Below are positions 11,694-23,430 of a stretch of 44,618 nt of DNA, in pieces. The notes beneath the pieces were generated by a model, which ran no database searches, was not told the origin of the DNA, and saw only the letters and a list, made by a program, of their open reading frames with translations. The stretch's first letter is position 1; each line of letters begins with the position of its first letter. The stretch spans positions 1 to 44,618 of the forward strand of contig JAUCBJ010006425.1 in assembly GCA_032718475.1 (NCBI GenBank), in the 5' to 3' direction. A program made the translations under genes and the position numbers. The DNA is from Nemertoderma westbladi (lineage: Eukaryota; Animalia; Xenacoelomorpha).

Positions 11694-12767
11694 TAAACAC
11701 ATCACATGTTCATCAACATGTTAGCTATTATTTTTATAATTCTATTACATTTTTTAAAATAGTTCAACATTAATATAGTAGCAGAGCTAGTTTTTGTTAT
11801 TTTTAAATTGTTGTTCTAGAACATGCTTGCTGGTTTATAAAAAATGTACTGTTTTACGCATTGTAGAAGGAGACTTACTTTATGTACAGAACCAATATAT
11901 AAAATTATCTGATCCGCCCAAGATCAGTAAAAATAAAATATATAATAAATATACAGGGAAAAAACTAATAGTATAAAGAATAAAGTACAAGTTCATAGTA
12001 TCAGCTGGTTTCAATATTTCGCTCGTTCGAGTAAATATTAACACTCGGGACCTACATTATACACAATATAGTAAATAGTTAGTAATTCAACAGTTCAATA
12101 TTGCAATAATATATTCTGTAGTGGAGTACCTTACAGTATTATTGTACATACTGTATTATTTAATAAGTTATGTAATAAACCAGTTTGTACAGTAGAAGTA
12201 AGCCTACATTGTTCTCCATTCCTCATTCAGCTGACAGGGTGCATTGACCAGCCAAATAATAACACAATAATAAGTCAGTTACATGTTAGTATACTATACT
12301 ACAGGTATTATGTACGTATAAAAATGCTTCTAAATAAACCAATCAACAATCACATTCGTATTTTTTGTATTGTATAAACAATTATATTTCCCCAGCCTTC
12401 ACCGCATTGGACAATATTAAACTCTGACGTAGTTTGTTTTTGTAGCAACTGAACTACTAACCAATACTCGTTTAGTGGAAAGCGATTGACTGAATGTGTA
12501 CAGCTGCACGTTTACGAGTGAAGTTCGCTCGTAGGAATAAGTAATACTTAAAGAAATCGATCAGTTCCATCACCATTGCAAATGGAAGCCTGGATCAGAA
12601 AACGAAACTATTGAGTTTAATTGATGAGGCGAAGTATCTCCATTAGGGTTGTGGTGCTTAAAGTCTAGGTTAATAATTCAATAACTGAATTTCTTCAGCA
12701 GTTTCTTCTAACTTGATATGCTCAAGATACACAGGCAACATATAAAGATCTTGAGAATCAGACTAAA

Positions 12768-13310
12768 GGCCCGTTTATACACAGTGTGATGTCAGACGCG
12801 TCTGAGGTCTGAAGACCCGTCTGATATCAGACAGGCATCTGATACAGACACACCCGTTTATACTATACATAAATAATATTACTGGCTTCAAACTTTATTT
12901 ATATTGACAATAATTTATAAGTTTGTAATATTTTTTGTATTCATTTTATGTACTTAATTTCACACTTTTTGCAATTATTAATATGCAATGAAAACGCGCA
13001 ATAAGTTGCTAATTTGGTTGTTTCTGTAATTATAAAAGATACAGTAGGCCCTACGTGTGAAGCATTATGGCGTAACCTTAAAGATTATATTAAACGGCCA
13101 TCACAATCCAATTTAATTAATGAGATCGCTGATAACTTTTGGAGGCTGTGGCACTTTCCCAACTGTATAGGCGCTCTGGATGTGAAATATGCTGCCAAAA
13201 AGGCACCATCCAATAGCGGCCGACTTTATATTACAACTATAAAGGTTTATTTTCAATTGTACTCATGGCAATTGCTGATGCAAATTATAAGTTCACATTT
13301 GTGGACATGG
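12768..13310 (+). pseudogene. Harbinger transposon remnant: putative left end plus frameshifted HARBI1-type DDE transposase fragment (13014-13310)
   Basis: WHFPNCIGALDVKY..APSNSG, then after a frameshift YYNYKGLFSIVLMAIADANYKFTFVD, matching the Harbinger nuclease pattern (FPNCIGAIDGKH..YYNYK..SIVL.A..DA.YKF..VD). GGCCCGTTTATAC at 12768 is TIR-like. Confidence 0.85.
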
Positions 13311-13347
13311 CCTAGTCAGCCACAAAGTGTAGTTGGCTTCATTAACA

Positions 13348-13882
13348 GTTGTTGTTGGTTTTTTAAATAGTATATTTATTCATTTATTACAAGATTTGCT
13401 TTGTTATATCGAGAATGACAAAATGAATGGGATAATCTTTTAGGCACGTTAAGACAAGGAATGCCTGTTCACCACCATGGGTGATCTTCCACAGTAAACC
13501 CTTCCACTCTGTTTCCTAAAGGAATGCCTATTCACCACCATGGGTGATCTTCCACAGTAAAACCTTCCACTCTGTTTCCTAAAGGAATGCCTGTTCACCA
13601 CCATTGGTTATCTTCAACAGTAAACCCTTCCACTCTGTTTCCTAAAGGAATGCCGGTCCACCACCATAAGGTGATCTTCCACAGTAAACCCGTCCACACT
13701 GTTTTCTAAATGAATTCCTGTTCACCACCATGGGTGATCTTCCACAGTAAATCTTTAGTAAACATCAGTAAACAATTAAAGAACTGCACCCAAACAGTGA
13801 GGCAGCACTGCCCCATCCAGGGATCGAACCAGGGCCTCCTGATTGGAAGGTCAGGAATGTCACCACTAGACCAAGCTACTGC
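13348..13882 (-). mobile_element. tRNA-Gly(TCC)-derived SINE with an internal 63 bp minisatellite and a short (CAA)n tail
   Basis: Minus-strand head (13882-13809) has A-box TGGTCTAGTGG, arm CCTGA-CCTTCCAA-TCAGG and B-box GGTTCGATCC; the acceptor stem does not pair. The 63 bp unit starts at 13458, 13521, 13584, 13647 and about 13710. GTTGTTGTTG lies at about 13348. Confidence 0.75.
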
Positions 13883-14644
13883 ATCGTCTAGTGAGTGAGA
13901 ATTACAAAATGTAGACTTAGTTATACCCGAAACAATAATACAGCTTTAATTTTGCTTGTTTATTTTACATCTAAAACATTGTACTCTCTATAAAAAAAGT
14001 CTAACTAGATGTTTTCAAAATTTTAACAATCATTACCCCACCATATTGGGACACTTTCAGAATTTCGGGAGTGGGGGGTGCCACCTAGCCCCCCACCCCT
14101 CCCCTCTCCCGGAAACGTACCTCTCTTTATGGGAGCGGGTATTTAACAAACAGTCAATGAACTAAATCGAATAGTAGAATATCACTAATCATTTTAAATA
14201 TTCCGCTTTATTTATATGTAAGTTTGAGCACCGGAGCTCTTGTGTAGTGGGAATTGTGCACTGTTGCACAACCCCCCCCCCCCCCCCCCCCCAAAAAAAA
14301 ATACGAGTCTTTTAGAGGTCGCACACACACACATAGACAGCGGCTGATGTATTTGAGCACCGGAGCTCTTTAGAGGTCGCACACATACATAGGCAGCGGC
14401 TGAAGTATTTGAGCACCGGTGCTCAACTTAAGGCATCCGCATTAAGTGCTAACCACGCCATATTAGCTCCACACTACAGTGTTGCATAGGTCATGTTCAC
14501 CGGTGCACAATCCGCTGCTAACGTGTTAAAAACGAAAAAGGCGAATACGTTTAAATGTTGAAACTCTTGTAAATACAAAACACAAACGAGCACCAATCAT
14601 TAAAATATCAGCAACAAACACCTAAAAGCCCACCTAATTAATAC

Positions 14645-15810
14645 CTATTTAATCTGAGTTACAACCCCCGCGGCTATAGTTGACCCTCCATAACGCAGCA
14701 TAAACCTCCCAAGGTCCTTATTGTCGCTGTACAGTTCCACGCATATCGGTTTGTTTACTGTAATCTGAACCAACGCGTTACACGACTTCCCCAAACACTT
14801 CGGGCGTTTCTTCACCACCTCACCCGAACTGCGACTCAACAAACTGATGAGTTTACTGATAACGGCGGGTTCAATGACGTTCTGGTGATGGAACACCACG
14901 GGGAACCCGGGGGTGATGGGAACGGTGATAGGGAACACAAGCAACCTAGCTATGAACCGCGCTGTGCAGGGCACCAAAGAGGCGCCTCTGCGGCACACGA
15001 CGCTCCCGACCCCCACCTTATTGGGATCGACGCCGAGGAGCGTGAGGTCTGCCTGATCCCCGGCCTCCGCAGCGGGTTTGGCCACGCCGTAGACCGCGAT
15101 CTGTTTCACGGTGCCGGACTCCGCGGCCGGCAGCACCACCAGTCGGTCCCCGACATCCACGCGTCCCGAGGAGAGTTTCCCGGCTACCGAGATCCCGGAA
15201 CCGAGTCCTTTATAGACGTCGGACACGCCGAAACGCAACGGGCCGTCCACGGGCCGGGGTGGCAGCGAGAACGCGTTAATGGCGCCGAGTAAGGAAGGCC
15301 CGTGAGGGTACCAACTGGTCAACGCCGGCTCCTCCGCAGGGCGAGTCAGATTAATCCCGTTCAAACCGCTACACGGTAAGTACTTAACGTCCGACTCTTT
15401 AAACCCCGCCTGTTTGAGGAATTGTCCCAGTTTACCGACTATACTAGTAAACCGGGATTCCTGCCAACCAACTAAGTCGAGTTTATTAACAGCGACTACC
15501 AACTGAGTGACCCCGAGAGAGCGGACTAACAACGCGTGTTCGCGCGTCTGTCCCCCGGATTCGAACCCCGCTTCGAACCCTCCCGTTGACGCGTCCACCA
15601 CCAGCACTGCCACATCTGCAGCAGAAGCTCCGCTTATCATGTTGGGTATAAAGTCTTTATGTCCCGGGGCGTCTAACAGGTTTATTATGTATTTGTCCGT
15701 CTCGAACTGCGATGTCGCGATGTCCATGGTGATCCCACGAGTTCTCTCCTCGCCAGTCTCGTCCAGCACCCACGCGAATGCGAAGGAAGATTTACCCAAC
15801 TTACGAGATT
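14645..15810 (-). CDS. HBS1L: HBS1-like translational GTPase, coding exon 2 (switch I through domains II/III and stop)
   Basis: Acceptor TTTGTTTCTCGCAG|AATCT gives ESRKLGKSSFAFAWVLDETGEERTRGITMD, followed by LDAPGHKDF (G3), NKLD (G4), CSGL (G5) and GRFMLRYGGSTIAAGVV. Phase 1 matches the exon-1 donor. Confidence 0.95.
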
Positions 15811-18800
15811 CTGCGAGAAACAAATTACAATTATGTACATTTTCACTATACAGTGTAAATATTATTCAAATAATTCAATGCAACTTCAATTTAATAATTT
15901 TTACCGTCATTTTAGCTGGTCGGTACAATATGATGTGTATCGCCAATGTGAAGAATACTAGGTTTTAATTTTTCTGTCGAATTTTAATTGGAATTTTATA
16001 TGAAGAGTCGGTATTTTTTAAATTTTTTTATTATTATAAAGGGTGCTTTATAGCGCTGATTTCTCCATTGTAACCTGTACAGTACAGATGCGAATTGGTT
16101 TATTGCTTTGGTTAGATTCAGCCCTTCTGAAACCTGGGTATTTTAAAAAATTGCATTCTTCAAATTGGGGTAAACTACAAAGCGAAATATAACAGCAGGT
16201 AGTGTGGTAAACTTCACATGGGCCATCTGCATTAAAACTTTAATATAACTCATAGTTATAAGTAAGTACTTTCATATCCTTTAAATATGGGCTGGGCACC
16301 CTTGTTCCTTTCTCGTACTTATGCATTGTCTTCATATTAACGCATCCCAGCTGGTACAACACGTGACCCATTAACCGAACACACCACCTACCTGTCTCGT
16401 ACTTATGCATTGTCTTCTTATGAACGCATCCCAGCTGGTACAACACGTGACCCATTAACCGAACACACCACCTACCTGTCTCGTACTTATGCATTGTCTT
16501 CTTATGAACGCATCCCAGCTGGTACAACACGTGACCCATTAACCGAACACACCACCTACCTGTCTCGTACTTATGCATTGTCTTCTTATGAACGCATCCC
16601 AGCTGGTACAACACGTGACGCATTAACTGAACACACCACCTACCTGTCTCGTACTTATGCATTGTCTTCATATTAACGCATCCCAGCTGGTACAACACGT
16701 GACGCATTAACTGAACACACCACCTACCTGTCTCGTACTTATGCATTGTCTTCTTATGAACGCATCCCAGCTGGTACAACACGTGACCCATTAACCGAAC
16801 ACACCACCTACCTGTCTCGTACTTATGCATTGTCTTCATATTAACGCATCCCAGCTGGTACAACACGTGACGCATTAACTGAACACACCACCTACCTGTC
16901 TCGTACTTATGCATTGTCTTCTTATTAACGCATCCCAGCTGGTACAGCACCTGACCCATTAACCGAACACACCACCTACCTGTCTCGTACTTATGCATTG
17001 TCTTCTTATGAACGCATCCCAGCTGGTACAACACGTGACCCATTAACCGAACACACCACCTACCTGTCTCGTACTTATGCATTGTCTTCTTATGAACGCA
17101 TCCCAGCTGGTACAACACGTGACCCATTAACCGAACACACCACCTACCTGTCTCGTACTTATTTATTGTCTTCTTATTAACGCATCCCAGCTGGTACAAC
17201 ACGTGACCCATTAACCGAACACACCACCTACCTGTCTCGTACTTATGCATTGTCTTCTTATGAACGCATCCCAGCTGGTACAACACGTGACCCATTAACC
17301 GAACACACCACCTACCTGTCTCGTACTTATGCATTGTCTTCTTATTAACGCATCCCAGCTGGTACAACACGTGACGCATTAACTGAACACACCACCTACC
17401 TGTCTCGTACTTATGCATTGTCTTCATATTAACGCATCCCAGCTGGTACAACACGTGACGCATTAACTGAACACACCACCTACCTGTCTCGTACTTATGC
17501 ATTGTCTTCATATTAACGCATCCCAGCTGGTACAACACGTGACCCATTAACCGAACACACCACCTACCTGTCTCGTACTTATGCATTGTCTTCTTATTAA
17601 CGCATCCCAGCTGGTACAACACGTGACCCATTAACCGAACACACCACCTACCTGTCTCGTACTTAATTATTGTCTTCATATTAACGCATCCCAGCTGGTA
17701 CAACACGTGACCCATTAACCGAACACACCACCTACCTGTCTCGTACTTATTTATTGTCTTCTTATTAACGCATCCCAGCTGGTACAACACGTGACCCATT
17801 AACCGAACACACCACCTACCTGTCTCGTACTTATGCATTGTCTTCTTATTAACGCATCCCAGCTGGTACAACACGTGACCCATTAACCGAACACACCACC
17901 TACCTGTCTCGTACTTATGCATTGTCTTCATATTAACGCATCCCAGCTGGTACAACACGTGACCCATTAACCGAACACACCACCTACCTGTCTCGTACTT
18001 ATTTATTGTCTTCTTATTAACGCATCCCAGCTGGTACAACACGTGACCCATTAACCGAACACACCACCTACCTGTCTCGTACTTATGCATTGTCTTCTTA
18101 TTAACGCATCCCAGCTGGTACAACACGTGACCCATTAACCGAACACACCACCTACCTGTCTCGTACTTATGCATTGTCTTCTTATTAACGCATCCCAGCT
18201 GGTACAACACGTGACCCATTAACCGAACACACCACCTACCTGTCTCGTACTTAATTATTGTCTTCATATTAACGCATCCCAGCTGGTACAACACGTGACC
18301 CATTAACCGAACACACCACCTACCTGTCTCGTACTTATTTATTGTCTTCTTATTAACGCATCCCAGCTGGTACAACACGTGACCCATTAACCGAACACAC
18401 CACCTACCTGTCTCGTACTTATGCATTGTCTTCTTATTAACGCATCCCAGCTGGTACAACACGTGACGCATTAACCGAACACACCACCTACCTGTCTCGT
18501 ACTTATGCATTGTCTTCATATTAACGCATCCCAGCTGGTACAACACGTGACCCATTAACCAAACACACCACCTACCTGTCTCGTACTTATGCATTGTCTT
18601 CTTATTAACGCATCCCAGCTGGTACAACACGTGACCCATTAACCGAACACACCACCTACCTGTCTCGTACTTATGCATTGTCTTCATATTAACGCATCCC
18701 AGCTGGTACAACACGTGACCCATTAACCGAACACACCACCTACCTGTCTCGTACTTATTTATTGTCTTCTTATTAACGCATCCCAGCTGGTACAACACGT

Positions 18801-21800
18801 GACCCATTAACCGAACACACCACCTACCTGTCTCGTACTTATGCATTGTCTTCTTATTAACGCATCCCAGCTGGTACAACACGTGACCCATTAACCGAAC
18901 ACACCACCTACCTGTCTCGTACTTATGCATTGTCTTCTTATTAACGCATCCCAGCTGGTACAACACGTGACCCATTAACCGAACACACCACCTACCTGTC
19001 TCGTACTTATTTATTGTCTTCTTATTAACGCATCCCAGCTGGTACAACACGTGACCCATTAACCGAACACACCACCTACCTGTCTCGTACTTATGCATTG
19101 TCTTCTTATTAACGCATCCCAGCTGGTACAACACGTGACCCATTAACCGAACACACCACCTACCTGTCTCGTACTTATGCATTGTCTTCTTATTAACGCA
19201 TCCCAGCTGGTACAACACGTGACCCATTAACCGAACACACCACCTACCTGTCTCGTACTTATTTATTGTCTTCTTATTAACGCATCCCAGCTGGTACAAC
19301 ACGTGACCCATTAACCGAACACACCACCTACCTGTCTCGTACTTATGCATTGTCTTCTTATTAACGCATCCCAGCTGGTACAACACGTGACGCATTAACC
19401 GAACACACCACCTACCTGTCTCGTACTTATGCATTGTCTTCATATTAACGCATCCCAGCTGGTACAACACGTGACCCATTAACCAAACACACCACCTACC
19501 TGTCTCGTACTTATGCATTGTCTTCTTATTAACGCATCCCAGCTGGTACAACACGTGACCCATTAACCGAACACACCACCTACCTGTCTCGTACTTATGC
19601 ATTGTCTTCATATTAACGCATCCCAGCTGGTACAACACGTGACCCATTAACCGAACACACCACCTACCTGTCTCGTACTTATTCATTGTCTTCTTATTAA
19701 CGCATCCCAGCTGGTACAACACGTGACCCATTAACCGAACACACCACCTACCTGTCTCGTACTTATGCATTGTCTTCTTATTAACGCATCCCAGCTGGTA
19801 CAACACGTGACCCATTAACCGAACACACCACCTACCTGTCTCGTACTTATGCATTGTCTTCTTATTAACGCATCCCAGCTGGTACAACACGTGACCCATT
19901 AACCGAACACACCACCTACCTGTCTCGTACTTATTTATTGTCTTCTTATTAACGCATCCCAGCTGGTACAACACGTGACCCATTAACCGAACACACCACC
20001 TACCTGTCTCGTACTTATGCATTGTCTTCTTATTAACGCATCCCAGCTGGTACAACACGTGACCCATTAACCGAACACACCACCTACCTGTCTCGTACTT
20101 ATGCATTGTCTTCTTATTAACGCATCCCAGCTGGTACAACACGTGACCCATTAACCGAACACACCACCTACCTGTCTCGTACTTATTTATTGTCTTCTTA
20201 TTAACGCATCCCAGCTGGTACAACACGTGACGCATTAACCGAACACACCACCTACCTGTCTCGTACTTATGCATTGTCTTCATATTAACGCATCCCAGCT
20301 GGTACAACACGTGACCCATTAACCGAACACACCACCTACCTGTCTCGTACTTATGCATTGTCTTCTTATTAACGCATCCCAGCTGGTACAGCACCTGACC
20401 CATTAACCGAACACACCACCTACCTGTCTCGTACTTATTTATTGTCTTCTTATTAACGCATCCCAGCTGGTACAACACGTGACCCATTAACCGAACACAC
20501 CACCTACCTGTCTCGTACTTATTTATTGTCTTCTTATTAACGCATCCCAGCTGGTACAACACGTGACCCATTAACCGAACACACCACCTACCTGTCTCGT
20601 ACTTATTTATTGTCTTCTTATTAACGCATCCCAGCTGGTACAACACGTGACCCATTAACCGAACACACCACCTACCTGTCTCGTACTTATGCATTGTCTT
20701 CATATTAACGCATCCCAGCTGGTACAACACGTGACCCATTAACCGAACACACCACCTACCTGTCTCGTACTTATTTATTGTCTTCATATTAACGCATCCC
20801 AGCTGGTACAGCACCTGACCCATTAACCGAACACACCACCTACCTGTCTCGTACTTATGCATTGTCTTCTTATTAACGCATCCCAGCTGGTACAACACGT
20901 GACCCATTAACCGAACACACCACCTACCTGTCTCGTACTTATGCATTGTCTTCTTATTAACGCATCCCAGCTGGTACAACACGTGACCCATTAACTGAAC
21001 ACACCACCTACCTGTCTCGTACTTATGCATTGTCTTCTTATTAACGCATCCCAGCTGGTACAACACGTGACCCATTAACCGAACACACCACCTACCTGTC
21101 TCGTACTTATGCATTGTCTTCTTATTAACGCATCCCAGCTGGCACAGCACGTGACCCATTAACCGAACACACCACCTACCTGTCTCGTACTAATGCATTG
21201 TCTTCTTATTAACGCATCCCAGCTGGTACAACACGTGACCCATTAACCGAACACACCACCTACCTGTCTCGTACTTATGCATTGTCTTCTTATTAACGCA
21301 TCCCAGCTGGTACAACACGTGACCCATTAACCGAACACACCACCTACCTGTCTCGTACTTATGCATTGTCTTCTTATTAACGCATCCCAGCTGGCACAGC
21401 ACGTGACCCATTAACCGAACGCACCACCTACCTGTCTCGTACTAATGCATTGTCTTCTTATTAACGCATCCCAGCTGGTACAACACGTGACCCATTAACC
21501 GAACACACCACCTACCTGTCTCGTACTAATGCATTGTCTTCTTATTAACGCATCCCAGCTGGTACAACACGTGACCCATTAACCGAACACACCACCTACC
21601 TGTCTCGTACTTATGCATTGTCTTCTTATTAACGCATCCCAGCTGGCACAGCACGTGACCCATTAACCGAACACACCACCTACCTGTCTCGTACTAATGC
21701 ATTGTCTTCTTATTAACGCATCCCAGCTGGTACAACACGTGACCCATTAACCGAACACACCACCTACCTGTCTCGTACTTATGCATTGTCTTCTTATTAA

Positions 21801-23363
21801 CGCATCCCAGCTGGTACAACACGTGACCCATTAACCGAACACACCACCTACCTGTCTCGTACTAATGCATTGTCTTCTTATTAACGCATCCCAGCTGGTA
21901 CAACACGTGACCCATTAACCGAACACACCACCTACCTGTCTCGTACTTATGCATTGTCTTCTTATTAACGCATCCCAGCTGGTACAACACGTGACCCATT
22001 AACCGAACACACCACCTACCTGTCTCGTACTTATGCATTGTCTTCTTATTAACGCATCCCAGCTGGTACAACACGTGACCCATTAACCGAACACACCACC
22101 TACCTGTCTCGTACTTATGCATTGTCTTCTTATTAACGCATCCCAGCTGGTACAACACGTGACCCATTAACCGAACACACCACCTACCTGTCTCGTACTT
22201 ATGCATTGTCTTCTTATTAACGCATCCCAGCTGGTACAACACGTGACCCATTAACCGAACACACCACCTACCTGTCTCGTACTTATGCATTGTCTTCTTA
22301 TTAACGCATCCCAGCTGGTACAACACGTGACCCATTAACCTAACACACCACCTACCCGTCTCGTACTTATGCATTGTCTTCTTATTAACGCATCCCAGCT
22401 GGTACAACACGTGACCCATTAACCGAACACACCACCTACCTGTCTCGTACTTATTTATTGTCTTCTTATTAACGCATCCCAGCTGGTACAACACGTGACG
22501 CATTAACCGAACACACCACCTACCTGTCTCGTACTTATTTATTGTCTTCATATTAACGCATCCCAGCTGGTACAACACGTGACCCATTAACCGAACACAC
22601 CACCTACCTGTCTCGTACTTATTTATTGTCTTCATATTAACGCATCCCAGCTGGTACAACACGTGACCCATTAACCGAACACACCACCTACCTGTCTCGT
22701 ACTTATGCATTGTCTTCTTATTAACGCATCCCAGCTGGTACAACACGTGACCCATTAACCGAACACACCACCTACCTGTCTCGTACTTATTTATTGTCTT
22801 CTTATTAACGCATCCCAGCTGGTACAACACGTGACGCATTAACCGAACACACCACCTACCTGTCTCGTACTTATTTATTGTCTTCATATTAACGCATCCC
22901 AGCTGGTACAACACGTGACCCATTAACCGAACACACCACCTACCTGTCTCGTACTTATTTATTGTCTTCATATTAACGCATCCCAGCTGGTACAACACGT
23001 GACCCATTAACCGAACACACCACCTACCTGTCTCGTACTTATGCATTGTCTTCTTATTAACGCATCCCAGCTGGTACAACACGTGACCCATTAACCGAAC
23101 ACACCACCTACCTGTCTCGTACTTATTTATTGTCTTCTTATTAACGCATCCCAGCTGGTACAACACGTGACCCATTAACCGAACACACCACCTACCTGTC
23201 TCGTACTTATGCATTGTCTTCTTATTAACGCATCCCAGCTGGTACAACACGTGACCCATTAACCGAACACACCACCTACCTGTCTCGTACTTATTTATTG
23301 TCTTCTTATTAACGCATCCCAGCTGGTACAACACGTGACCCATTAACCGAACACACCACCTAC
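15811..23363 (-). other. HBS1L phase-1 intron (7553 nt if donor 1 is used), over 90% tandem array
   Basis: GTAGGT at 23363 ... CAG at 15811. Joining gives KYET-E-SRKLGK, collinear with the HBS1L family (human KYEQESKKAGK). Predicted product is 710 aa. Confidence 0.85.
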
Positions 23364-23430
23364 CTGTCTCGTACTTATTTATTGTCTTCTTATTAACGCA
23401 TCCCAGCTGGTACAGCACGTGACCCATTAA
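16311..23430 (-). repeat. 84 bp tandem array (~84.8 copies) of the HBS1L exon-1 end plus 5' splice site
   Basis: Unit = 67 nt exon ([23 protein letters not shown]) + 17 nt GTAGGTGGTGTGTTCGG. First donor 23363, last donor 16391; the difference is 6972 = 83 x 84, so there are no net indels. Confidence 0.97.

Noticed and set aside
13809-13882. Functional tRNA-Gly gene
   Set aside because: The acceptor stem is unpaired and the anticodon loop is 8 nt; better explained as a SINE head.
14645-15823. Standalone EF1A/eRF3-like gene starting MFLAES
   Set aside because: It lacks G1, and the start lies in the acceptor's pyrimidine tract; it is HBS1L exon 2.
16240-21159. 1639 aa repeat ORF as an independent gene
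   Set aside because: It is simply the open frame of a 28-codon tandem unit inside the HBS1L intron, with no independent start or promoter evidence.
16311-23430. Dscam-like mutually exclusive exon cluster
   Set aside because: The 17 nt between exon copies ends in CGG, has no acceptor AG or pyrimidine tract, and is too short for an intron.
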